Of a stretch of DNA of 16,022 bases, positions 1 to 8,606 are shown piece after piece (position 1 is the stretch's first letter; every line of letters begins with the position of its first letter). The notes under the pieces are model-generated. The model did no database searches. It was given only the letters and a program-made list of their open reading frames with translations, and was not told the origin of the DNA. Source of the DNA: an uncultured Candidatus Bathyarchaeia archaeon (GTDB lineage: Archaea > Thermoproteota > Bathyarchaeia > Bathyarchaeales > Bathycorpusculaceae); contig CAYVGZ010000035.1 in the NCBI GenBank assembly GCA_964450845.1, positions 1 to 16,022 on the forward strand, given 5' to 3'. The translations under genes and the position numbers were made by a program.

Positions 1-18
1 GTGTAGAGTTGAGCCTTA

Positions 19-726
19 ATGTCTGGAACCGAAACTTTACTCCCATACCTAAAAGAAAAGAAAACCGAAGAACAAGAACCAACAATCATCATCGACAGCC
101 GCGAAGCAAACACTGCCACAAAAATCGTCAAAGGACTAAAAGAACGAGGCGCCAACATCAAAACTGCCACACTAGAAAAAGGCGACTACGTCCTATCCGA
201 CGTTTGCGCAGTAGAAAGAAAAACCGTCCAAGACTTTGTTTACACACTCACACGCCGCTACCTCTTCGAACAATTGTTTCTGCTAAAAGACGTTTATCCA
301 AACTCGCTAATCCTTCTAGAAGGCTATTTGCCCATAATCTACAAATACAGCAGAATCCAACCCGCAGCCGTCTGGGGCGCCATGTTCAATCTAGCAAAAA
401 ACGGCATAGCAATAGTAAATACCACATCATACAAAGAAACCATTGATTTTCTCTACGTAGCAGCCCGCCAAGAACAAATAGTAGAAAAAAGAGCCCCAAC
501 AATTCACGCAATTAAAAAATGTGAAACCACATCTGACGCACAAATATACTTCGTCGCAAGCCTACCAAACATCGGAAGAGAAAAAGCCATATCAATCTTA
601 AAATCCTACAAAACCCCGATAAGCGCCCTAACAAACGTAGATGAATGGCCAAAAACCGTCTATGGACTTGGACCAAAAATAAGCAACAAAGCTAAAGAAG
701 TGCTGGGCACACCTTTCGAAGAGTGA
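19..726 (+). CDS. xpf: Short (helicase-less) XPF/ERCC4-family structure-specific endonuclease with C-terminal HhH region
   Basis: Nuclease motifs IIIDSRE, GDY and VERKTVQD (ERKxxxD), then HhH-like SLPNIGREKA and VYGLGPK. In-frame stops at 4-6 and 10-12 show no helicase domain is fused upstream. Confidence 0.92.
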   Translation: MSGTETLLPYLKEKKTEEQEPTIIIDSREANTATKIVKGLKERGANIKTATLEKGDYVLSDVCAVERKTVQDFVYTLTRRYLFEQLFLLKDVYPNSLILLEGYLPIIYKYSRIQPAAVWGAMFNLAKNGIAIVNTTSYKETIDFLYVAARQEQIVEKRAPTIHAIKKCETTSDAQIYFVASLPNIGREKAISILKSYKTPISALTNVDEWPKTVYGLGPKISNKAKEVLGTPFEE

Positions 727-731
727 AGAAC

Positions 732-1097
732 ATGGACGTAGAAATAGCTCCAACAAGAAAAATCACCATCCTAGGCTTAGACAAACGCTCAGTAAACGAC
801 ATCGCATGGTGCGCCTCAACTTACGGAGTGAACAGGCTTTACTGGATAGACGGCTACATCCTATGCCTAGAAGTTTACGAGAAATCCTTTGAGCATGAAA
901 TAAAAGAAAAAGAATTCCCCATAAGCCAAATTTGCTACGCAGAATATCCAAAATACGAGAAAATCTACGAAGTTGAAAAAAGCCTTCAAGTGCCAATAGT
1001 AAACGTTTCCGACATGCAAATATTCCAAAAAATTCTAGAAGCAATTTTAGACATTAATAAGGAAAGCCAGCGAAAATCGACAGTTAAAGACGTTTAA
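732..1097 (+). CDS. Hypothetical protein (121-124 aa), probably co-transcribed with xpf
   Basis: Open frame with globular composition (LYWIDGYIL, VPIVNVS). ATG 732 is preceded by SD-like GAGTGA (721-726); the alternative GTG 723 overlaps the xpf stop. Family not recognised with certainty. Confidence 0.8.
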   Translation: MDVEIAPTRKITILGLDKRSVNDIAWCASTYGVNRLYWIDGYILCLEVYEKSFEHEIKEKEFPISQICYAEYPKYEKIYEVEKSLQVPIVNVSDMQIFQKILEAILDINKESQRKSTVKDV

Positions 1098-1702
1098 AAC
1101 CTATTTTTTGCCTTTTTGCCATATTCGTAGCCAAGCTTAAACGCTTTAGCATTTACGCCCATGTGTTTAGGTGGAATAAGCTCCCGCAAAGCCTCCAAGA
1201 TGCTCTCATTCCTAACAGGCATTTTTTCTGAAGCTGCCAAAACTCCAATCAAAACAACGTTTTCTGCCAAAATACTTCCAGCCTTTTTGGCCAGTTCTGC
1301 AGCTTCCACCGTTATGATCTTCTTTGTGAAGTGGCGAATTTTTTTCTGTATTTCTTCTAGACTTGGACACTTCATCATTTTAACAGTGAGTTCTGTTGGG
1401 GGGATCACTTCAGTGTTCATTATGACAAGTGTTTTTTCTGAAGCGAATTTCAAGTTTCGCCAAGATTCTAAGGGTTCAAATCCCAAAAGCACATCAGCTT
1501 GCCCCTCTAAAACCGTAGGCGCCAAAACCTTCTCTCCAATCCTCACGTTAGAGACCACCGCACCGCCACGCTGAGCCATCCCGTGAAGTTCACTCACCCG
1601 AACATTCAACTTGTCTTTAATTGCAGCAGCGCCTAGAATTTCTGCCGCCAGAAGTATTCCTTGTCCACCAACACCAGCGAGAACTATGTTAAACTCTTTC
1701 AT
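1094..1702 (-). CDS. iorB: Indolepyruvate:ferredoxin oxidoreductase beta subunit
   Basis: Motifs GVGGQG, SELHGMAQRGGAV and ENVVLIG. SD GGTGA lies before the ATG, and the gene is 14 nt downstream of iorA. Confidence 0.95.
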   Translation of the reverse strand: MKEFNIVLAGVGGQGILLAAEILGAAAIKDKLNVRVSELHGMAQRGGAVVSNVRIGEKVLAPTVLEGQADVLLGFEPLESWRNLKFASEKTLVIMNTEVIPPTELTVKMMKCPSLEEIQKKIRHFTKKIITVEAAELAKKAGSILAENVVLIGVLAASEKMPVRNESILEALRELIPPKHMGVNAKAFKLGYEYGKKAKNRF

Positions 1703-1716
1703 TTCACCATGCTCAC

Positions 1717-3600
1717 TTAATCTATTTTGTCACATTTTATAGCGTTGTAAGGACAAACCGAAACACACAATCCACATGCAACACACAAGGCTTCGTTGAT
1801 ACTAACTTTTCCATTTTCAGCGATTATGGCAGGACAACCCAAAAGCTTAACGCAAGCCATACAATTTATGCATTTATCAGTAATTTTACAAGCCACAATT
1901 TCCGAACCTTTGCGTCTCCTCTCTCTAACCACCATCAAAGTGCATGGTGACCGAAAAACTATAACCGAAGGATCACTACGAGTCAGAGCCTCTTTCAAAG
2001 CCGTTTCGGCTTCTTTAATTTTGAAGGGATCAACCACCTTGACATATTTTACGCCGCATCCTTTGGCGACATTTTCTATGGGTATTCTCTCTGATGGAGT
2101 ATGCATGCCAGTCGTGCCAGTTCCAGGATGTGGCTGATGCCCAGTCATGGCAGTCGTAAGATTGTCCAAGACAGCTACAACAATTTTATGATTATTATAA
2201 ACAGCATTTATAAGTCCCGGAATCCCAGCATGAAAGAATGTTGAATCTCCAATTAGCGCAATTGTGTTTTCGCTTATGGCTTTGCTTATTCCTTCAGCAG
2301 TGCCAACACTCGCACCCATGCACGTCAACATATCGCCAACCATCATTGGTGGAGCACATCCTAACGCATAACAGCCTATATCAGTTGAATAGACAGCTTT
2401 TTCGCCTGCAACTTTTTTAATAACATACAAAGACGCTCTGTGAGGACATCCAGCACACAATATTGGTGGTCTCGAAGGCAAATCCCTTGCAACTACGGCA
2501 AATTTTTCGTCACTTTTTTCAAAATCTATTAGCAATCTTCTATGGGTTATCTTAGCCAGACCAGTCGCAACTGCACGTGTTGAAAGCTCTCCTTCTCTTA
2601 GGAAATAGTGTTCACCCATTTTTCCATGTATTTCAACGGTGGGCGCATAATCCTTTGCTATGGCTTTTATCTGCATTTCCAAGTACGGTTCAAGCTCTTC
2701 AACAACAATGATTTTTTCATGTTTTTTTAGAAATTCTCCAATCATTTTTTCCGGAAGCGGATGAGTCATGCCAAGCTTCAAGATGCTGGCATCTAAGCCT
2801 AATAAATCTGCTGCTTCAACCGCGTAGTTATATGCTGAACTTGACGAAATTACACCGAACTCTTTGTTTTTCGCTTCGTATACAACTATGTTGTAAGGTG
2901 ATGTTTCGCTGATTTTCTTAGCCTTCTCAAGGCTCTTCAGAAGCACACGGTGCTTTGGTCTAGAGTTAGCTGGAACCATTACCAAACGTTTCGCGTCTTT
3001 GATGAATTTCCCCTTCAAAATTGGGTTCGTAACCCTGCCGTACACTACTGGTCCGCGCGTGTGGCTTACGCGAGTAGTCGTTCTCAACAGTACTGGAACT
3101 TCCAGTTTTTCAGAGATTTCAATGGCTGAAATTGTCATGTCTTTTGCTTCCTGCGAATTGGAAGGCTCTAGGCATGGCAGATTTGAAAGTAAAGCATAAA
3201 ATCGGTTGTCTTGCTCGTTTTGCGAGCTATAACATTCTGGGTCATCTGCAGTAACAATCACAAGACCGCCCCTCACGCCGACATAAGCCAAGGTCATAAC
3301 AAAGTCAGAAGCCACATTCAAACCAACGTGTTTCATGGCAGTGAGGGCTCTAACTCCACAGTTTGCAGCTCCACCCGCCACTTCGGCAGCGACGATTTCA
3401 TTTGTGGAGTATTCCATGTATATTCCGGCGTCTTGGGCTATTTCTGAGATGGAGTCGCCGATTTCTGATGCTGGTGTTCCTGGATACGTTGTCACTACGC
3501 CTATTCCAGCCTCCAAGATTCCTCTGGCGATGGCTTCGTTGCCAAGCAAAAGCACACGCTTTCTAGGAATGTCCTCTAGCAGCACACGTAAATCTGGCAA
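1717..3600 (-). CDS. iorA: Indolepyruvate:ferredoxin oxidoreductase alpha subunit
   Basis: GNEAIARG, YPGTPASEI, MKHVGLNVA, RPPILCAGCPHR, DIGCY, TPP-binding GDSTFFHAG...LDN and C-terminal ferredoxin motifs CINCMAC...CP and CVACGLCVSVCP. TTG start with SD GAGGAG. Confidence 0.96.
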   Translation of the reverse strand: MPDLRVLLEDIPRKRVLLLGNEAIARGILEAGIGVVTTYPGTPASEIGDSISEIAQDAGIYMEYSTNEIVAAEVAGGAANCGVRALTAMKHVGLNVASDFVMTLAYVGVRGGLVIVTADDPECYSSQNEQDNRFYALLSNLPCLEPSNSQEAKDMTISAIEISEKLEVPVLLRTTTRVSHTRGPVVYGRVTNPILKGKFIKDAKRLVMVPANSRPKHRVLLKSLEKAKKISETSPYNIVVYEAKNKEFGVISSSSAYNYAVEAADLLGLDASILKLGMTHPLPEKMIGEFLKKHEKIIVVEELEPYLEMQIKAIAKDYAPTVEIHGKMGEHYFLREGELSTRAVATGLAKITHRRLLIDFEKSDEKFAVVARDLPSRPPILCAGCPHRASLYVIKKVAGEKAVYSTDIGCYALGCAPPMMVGDMLTCMGASVGTAEGISKAISENTIALIGDSTFFHAGIPGLINAVYNNHKIVVAVLDNLTTAMTGHQPHPGTGTTGMHTPSERIPIENVAKGCGVKYVKVVDPFKIKEAETALKEALTRSDPSVIVFRSPCTLMVVRERRRKGSEIVACKITDKCINCMACVKLLGCPAIIAENGKVSINEALCVACGLCVSVCPYNAIKCDKID

Positions 3601-3647
3601 TAATCATCTCCTCAGTTTTTAGGAGACGTTCATAGTCTTATCGTTTC

Positions 3648-3662
3648 AAATATAACTTTTGG
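3648..3662 (-). promoter_or_regulatory. BRE-TATA promoter of iorAB
   Basis: Minus strand reads CCAAAAG-TTATATTT, about 48 nt upstream of the iorA start. Confidence 0.6.
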
Positions 3663-3755
3663 TGTCCAAAAGCGTTTATCTCATCATGCAGGAAGAAAAA
3701 GGATACAAGGTGTTAACTTATTTTTCACCTGTACGTGGAGTCTTTTGACAGTCTT

Positions 3756-3775
3756 AAAGTTTAAACTATATATAA
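3756..3775 (+). promoter_or_regulatory. Candidate TATA region for the EamA gene
   Basis: AAAGTTTAAACTATATATAA contains two possible TATA boxes 50-65 nt upstream of TTG 3824. I cannot tell which is used. Confidence 0.4.
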
Positions 3776-3823
3776 GATGGGACTAAGTTAACCTCACGCA
3801 GACAGGCTGAGAAAGGTGAGAGG

Positions 3824-4717
3824 TTGAGCGTCACAAAAAGTCACTTATTGCTTGTTTTTGCCAGTTTCGGCTTCAGTTTTATACTTGTTTTTTCAACACT
3901 GCTCAAGAACGCTGAAGTTTCAAGTCTCCAACAAGTGTTTTTCCGCGTAACTTTGGCTCTTCCGCTGATACTTCTGCTGATTAAGGGAAGATTTAAGCTG
4001 GAAAAGAAGGACTTGCCATACTTCATTATAACAGGGCTTGTTTTTTCCATTTTCCTCTTTTCAGCCCTGTCCTCAATAGTTTTCGGTTGCCCTATTGCCG
4101 TATCAATAGCCCTAATCTATACGCAACCCTTCTTCACGGCAATACTAGCCGTAATATCGAGAAGAGAAAAAATGACCCCAAAGAAATTAGTGATAATCGC
4201 TATTGGAATAGTGGGAGTGCTGCTTGCAAGTGGAATAGCCACTGAACCAGCTTCGAACCTCAACATTACTGGAATGTCTTTCGCCTTACTTGCTGGTTTC
4301 TTCTACGCCACGTATCTATTCTTCAAAAGGATACGAAAAGCAAGCTACACACCGCTTCAAGGATTATTCAACACTTTTGTTCTGGCGGTACCATGCGCCC
4401 TGACTTTAGGTTTAACTCTGCGACTTTTTACATCCAACGCCAGTTTCATAGGGTTTTCTATGTTGAATCCATTCCAACTTCTACTCCTAACTTTATTCGC
4501 CTTTTTCAGCACTACACTCCCTTACGGCTTATTAAATTACATCAAACCAAATGAAGTCTCGCCTACAACTGAAGGAACAATCCTGCTTCTAGACCCATTT
4601 CTCCACAATCTCTGGGCAATACTCATTTTTCAACAATATGTGTCTCTGATTCGCTATTTCGGAGTAGGATTAATACTTCTAAGTGCTGCGGTAATGTTCA
4701 AAATCGGGAACAAGTGA
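3824..4717 (+). CDS. DMT superfamily / EamA-family transporter
   Basis: 297 aa with about 10 hydrophobic segments and a duplicated EamA-like pattern (QQVFFR, LIYTQPFFTAILA...REK; ILLLDPFLHNLWAILIFQQY). SD GGTGA precedes TTG. Confidence 0.88.
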   Translation: MSVTKSHLLLVFASFGFSFILVFSTLLKNAEVSSLQQVFFRVTLALPLILLLIKGRFKLEKKDLPYFIITGLVFSIFLFSALSSIVFGCPIAVSIALIYTQPFFTAILAVISRREKMTPKKLVIIAIGIVGVLLASGIATEPASNLNITGMSFALLAGFFYATYLFFKRIRKASYTPLQGLFNTFVLAVPCALTLGLTLRLFTSNASFIGFSMLNPFQLLLLTLFAFFSTTLPYGLLNYIKPNEVSPTTEGTILLLDPFLHNLWAILIFQQYVSLIRYFGVGLILLSAAVMFKIGNK

Positions 4718-4803
4718 CTCGTAATTTCATAAAATTTTGTATGGCAGGCTTGCTTTAGAAAATGGGGGGGAGAAGTTTTACACGAGCTAATGAAGGCTTC
4801 TGT

Positions 4804-5586
4804 CTATTTGCCTTTGAATGTTGGTTTACGTTTTTCTGTGAATGCTGAAACTCCTTCTTGCAGGTCTTCTGTTGAAGCTACTACGCCGAAGCCTTCGCGT
4901 TCTAGGGCTATGGCAGCGTCTAAACTTATTTCTGCACCTTTGTTGATTAGGGCTTTAGCCACTTTCAGGGCTACTGGTGCTTTTTGAGCTAGTTCTGAAG
5001 CGAATTGCTTTACGGTTTCTTTGAACTTGTCTGCTGGAACAACCATGTTCACTAAGCCTAATTGCTCAGCAGTTTTTGCGTCAATTATCCTTCCTGTGTA
5101 TACAAGTTCTTTGGCTTTTGTTGCGCCTATCAATCTTGTAAGCCTCTGTGTTCCGCCCCATCCTGGAATTAAGCCTATGTTTATTTCTGTCTGGCCCACA
5201 CGAGCATTTTCTGAGGCTATGCGTATGTCGCATGACATTGCAACTTCTAAGCCGCCACCTAACGCGTAACCGTTTATTGCTGCTATCACGGGCTTTTCCA
5301 GATTTTCCAAAGAGCAACAAAGTTTTTCGCCCATAAGCGAGAGTTCTCTTGCTTTTAGAGCGTTCATTCCTTTCATGGCTTTGATGTCCGCACCTGCAGA
5401 GAATGCTTTTTCGCCAGCGCCAGTTAGTATGACAACGCGCATGTTTTCATCGTTTCTAACGTCTTCTAAGGCTAGCAAAACTTCATCTGTGACTTCTTTG
5501 CTGAAGGCGTTTAATGCTTCTGGCCGATTCAGAGTAATTGTTGCTATTCCTTCAGTTTTTTCGTATAGTATATATTTAAACTCCAT
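4804..5586 (-). CDS. crt: Enoyl-CoA hydratase (crotonase)
   Basis: TLNRPEALNA, AFSAGADI, GYALGGGLEVAMSCD and GQTEINIGLIPGWGGTQRL, with both catalytic Glu present. SD GAGGTGA. Confidence 0.95.
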   Translation of the reverse strand: MEFKYILYEKTEGIATITLNRPEALNAFSKEVTDEVLLALEDVRNDENMRVVILTGAGEKAFSAGADIKAMKGMNALKARELSLMGEKLCCSLENLEKPVIAAINGYALGGGLEVAMSCDIRIASENARVGQTEINIGLIPGWGGTQRLTRLIGATKAKELVYTGRIIDAKTAEQLGLVNMVVPADKFKETVKQFASELAQKAPVALKVAKALINKGAEISLDAAIALEREGFGVVASTEDLQEGVSAFTEKRKPTFKGK

Positions 5587-5600
5587 TTGTTTTCACCTCT

Positions 5601-6464
5601 CTATTTTTGTGTCCAATCGTAGAAGCCTTTACCTGTTTTTCTTCCCAGAATCTGCGCTTTAACCATTTGTTTTAATCCTGGGGATGCATGAAATTTCGGA
5701 TCTAATTCTTTTTCTAACACTTCCGCAATAGCTAAAGTCGTGTCTGCGCCTATATAATCCAAAAGCATAAGCGGTCCCATGGGCCAGTTTAAGCCTAACT
5801 TTACTGCTTTGTCTATGTCATCTCTGTCGGCTACGCCTTCCCAGTATAAGGCTACTGCTTCGTTTAGGGCTGGGATGAGTATGCGGTTGACGATGAAGCC
5901 TGGGGAGTCTTTTTTGACGAGGACTGTTTCTTTTTCTAGTTTCTGGGCTACGTTTTGGATTGTTTGGATTGTTTCGTCTGATGTTTTTGCGCCTTTTATG
6001 ATTTCGATGAGTTTCATTAGTTGTGGCGGATTAAAGAAGTGCATTCCACAGACTTTTTCGGAGCGTTTTGTTGCGGATGCAAGTTCTGTTATGCTTACAG
6101 ATGAAGTGTTTGAGGCGATTATGGCATGTGATGGTGCATAAGTGTCTACTTCACGAAATACTGCCTTCTTTAGTTCAATGTTTTCTGGTGCTGCCTCTAT
6201 TATGAGGTCAGCTTCAGAAACTGCTTCTTTGAGGTCTAGAGTTGGGTGGATTCTTGCGAGGATTTCGTTCATCTGCTGCTCTGTTATTTGACCCTTTTTG
6301 AGGAACCGTTGTAGGCTGTCGCGTATCATGTTCATGCCGTTGTCAACAAATTTTTGTTCTATGTCACGCATGAAAACTTCATATTTCCCTACTTGAGCGA
6401 CTACTTGCGTGATGCCATGTCCCATTAAGCCTGCGCCTAAAACTGCAATTTTCCTAACTTCCAT
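5601..6464 (-). CDS. hbd: 3-hydroxybutyryl-CoA / 3-hydroxyacyl-CoA dehydrogenase
   Basis: Rossmann GAGLMG, IEAAPENIELK, ASNTSS, GMHFFNP, PGFIVNR, WPMGPL and LGRKTGKGFY. SD AAGGTGGA. Confidence 0.95.
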   Translation of the reverse strand: MEVRKIAVLGAGLMGHGITQVVAQVGKYEVFMRDIEQKFVDNGMNMIRDSLQRFLKKGQITEQQMNEILARIHPTLDLKEAVSEADLIIEAAPENIELKKAVFREVDTYAPSHAIIASNTSSVSITELASATKRSEKVCGMHFFNPPQLMKLIEIIKGAKTSDETIQTIQNVAQKLEKETVLVKKDSPGFIVNRILIPALNEAVALYWEGVADRDDIDKAVKLGLNWPMGPLMLLDYIGADTTLAIAEVLEKELDPKFHASPGLKQMVKAQILGRKTGKGFYDWTQK

Positions 6465-6509
6465 AACTATTCCACCTTTTTTAGATAGAAGCTACTAGTT
6501 TGTTGTGTT

Positions 6510-6524
6510 GTTAAAAACTTTTTC
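6510..6524 (-). promoter_or_regulatory. BRE-TATA promoter of hbd-crt
   Basis: Minus strand reads GAAAAAG-TTTTTAAC, about 46 nt upstream of the hbd ATG. Confidence 0.65.
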
Positions 6525-6575
6525 AAACAAAAAACAAGATTTTACGTGGATACAGAATTATAGCTATTATTAGAA

Positions 6576-6603
6576 GCGCGCTACGTTGGAAAATGTAGTG
6601 CGC
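6576..6603 (+). other. 12-bp RNA hairpin with GGAA (GNRA) tetraloop; function unknown
   Basis: GCGCGCTACGTT-GGAA-AATGTAGTGCGC forms 10 Watson-Crick and 2 G.U pairs on the + strand. TTTT follows at 6606-6609. Confidence 0.55.
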
Positions 6604-6632
6604 CGTTTTAGTGGTGCGAAGATACCTTTTGA

Positions 6633-7043
6633 TTAAGCGAATTTTTTCAAAATGGTATCTAATATGCTAGCTTTGCTGGTTTCCATTCGAAGAAGTTGTT
6701 TTGCAGTTTCGCCTATGATTAACTCTTTTTCTTGCTGAATGGTACGAGCATATTCTTTGACTGCCTTATTTGTGTCGTTTACCACCCTTTCAATCCAATC
6801 AAGTTTCTCGTCAAAATAGTCTGCTGCACTTAACAGTTTTATCTTGTCATTGATCAAACAGATTTTTCTGTCCCACAAGTCTCTACTGGACCTCCATTTC
6901 TGTTCGAAAGTGTCCCTCCAAGTTTCGTCTGGAACAGAATCTAATGGTAGTTCAACTACGTAAACATCAGGAAAATTAGGATGCTCATTTACGCTAATTT
7001 TGCTTGCATCAAAAGGTTTGAGAAATTTGATGGGTTTACTCAA
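6633..7043 (-). CDS. Hypothetical protein, 136 aa
   Basis: Fills the gap with protein-like composition and a helical C-terminus. TTG start is preceded by SD-like GGAGAGTGA. No family recognised. Confidence 0.75.
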   Translation of the reverse strand: MSKPIKFLKPFDASKISVNEHPNFPDVYVVELPLDSVPDETWRDTFEQKWRSSRDLWDRKICLINDKIKLLSAADYFDEKLDWIERVVNDTNKAVKEYARTIQQEKELIIGETAKQLLRMETSKASILDTILKKFA

Positions 7044-7335
7044 ATTTCATTCACTCTCCAAACAAGTCGAACAAGAATAATATTCTTTTTTGCTGGTAAA
7101 AAATTTTATCCATGCTAAGTACCGAAAAACATACATCAATGACAAGACGTTTAAACATGTCAAGTTAAAGATAAAGACATGAAACTATCATTTTCAAGTT
7201 TCAGAGCCTACACAGTTTTCAACAGATTAGACTAAAGCGTCTAACCAGAGTAAGGCAATATAGGTTGAACCTTAGGTTCTCACATTAAAATTCTAGTAGG
7301 GTCTGGTCTTTCGAGTTTTGTATACTAGGTTGAGG

Positions 7336-7343
7336 TTTTATAA
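7336..7343 (+). promoter_or_regulatory. Candidate TATA box for the M29 peptidase gene
   Basis: TTTTATAA lies 33 nt before GTG 7376 and 57 nt before ATG 7400. Confidence 0.5.
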
Positions 7344-7375
7344 GCCCGATGCATGCATAAAATCTGTGCTGTGAA

Positions 7376-8469
7376 GTGAAGTTGATTTTGGAGAAGTTGA
7401 TGAAAGAAGCTGCGCATTCGATTGTGACTCGCTGTGCTTGTCTGAAAAAAGGATCAAACACACTAATCATATGTGGCAAACACAATAGCGCCTTCGCTGA
7501 ACATTTAGTGCGAGAATGCTACGCAAAACATTCTTATCCTCACTTATGGGTGTTCGACGAAAATCTGTTACCAAAGAAAACCCCAAAAGTCGCTGAAACA
7601 CTGGAGCAATACTTCCTAAACATATGCGCTCTCTTCTAGAAAACTCGGATTTGGTTTTTTGGCTTACTCAATTCGAAAACCCCAAAACTGCGTGGACCGT
7701 TCTTGGAGAAGCCGTTTGCTCTTACTGGGATCGAGTGGAAGAGAGTATAAAAGCCAAGCCTCTTCTGCTCATGAACCTATTATCGGCAAAATGCTTAAAA
7801 ACCATGAAAATAGCGTACAAAAAGTTTCTTGTAACGTTCGCAAACGCTGTAAATGTAGACTATAATAGAGTCAGAAAAACTGGTTTGAACATTGCTGCGA
7901 GTCTGAATGGAAGAAAACTGATTCATGTCACCGATCCGAATGGTACCGACTTATCATTTAGCATTGAAAACAGGAGAGTAGGCATAGAGGTTGGGACTTT
8001 AGAGGATTGCTTTTCGACTGGAAGAGAATGTGAGGTGGAAATTCCCGCGGGAGAAGTGTACGTCGCTCCTTTAGAGGATTCAGCTTATGGAACACTTGTA
8101 ACTGACGAGGTTAGAGACTTTAATATTCGAAGGCTTCGTATGGACTTTGAAAAAGGGAGGATAATACGTTTTAGGGCTGAAAAAGGAGAGGCTTCATTTC
8201 AAAACCTGCTCAAGAAAGCGCAAGGAAACAAGGACAGGATAGCTGAATTTGGTGTTGGAATAAATCATGAAATGAAACCAATAGGTCTTCGAATTTATGA
8301 TGAAAAAGCGCTTGGAACAACGCACATAGCCATTGGCAACAACACGCACCTAGGCGGAACCAACAAAGCATCAATACACATAGATTTCATTCTCTACAAA
8401 CCAACCATAGAAGCAGACAATAGCCAGTTCATGAAGGAAGGACAGGTTACAAAACAAGTTTTGCACTGA
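7376..8469 (+). pseudogene. M29-family (AmpT/AmpS-like) aminopeptidase split by one frameshift near 7594-7637 (pseudogene or sequence error)
   Basis: ORF 7376-7639 gives the N-terminal part (LKKGSNTLIICG...AEHLVRECY). ORF 7624-8469 carries GTDLSFSI, PAGEVYVAP, IAEFGVGIN, DEKALGTTHIAIG and HIDF, the metal-ligand motifs of M29. Confidence 0.82.
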
Positions 8470-8556
8470 AGTGCATAAAAATGTATTGCCTGAAAAAACA
8501 CAAGCATAGGGTTGAAAGGCAAATACGCTTTTTCCTCCGCATGTGGCTTTGACCTT

Positions 8557-8569
8557 GGGAAAATATAAG
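8557..8569 (+). promoter_or_regulatory. Candidate BRE-TATA for the flavoprotein gene
   Basis: GGGAAAATATAAG lies about 38 nt before ATG 8607. Confidence 0.45.
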
Positions 8570-8606
8570 TTTGTGAAATGCGTGATTTTTGTTTCAGGTA
8601 ACTGCT

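Noticed and set aside
4764-4770. G7 run downstream of EamA and crt
   Set aside because: Isolated intergenic homopolymer with no further G-tracts for a quadruplex and no reading frame to phase-vary.
5587-5600. hbd and crt as a broken bifunctional fusion gene
   Set aside because: crt has its own strong SD (GAGGTGA) and ATG in the 14-nt gap, and both proteins end and start at family-typical positions.
7594-7596. In-frame TGA before the second M29 fragment as possible selenocysteine readthrough
   Set aside because: The frame upstream of the TGA is not M29-like; the homologous N-terminus is in another frame. No SECIS-like element was seen.
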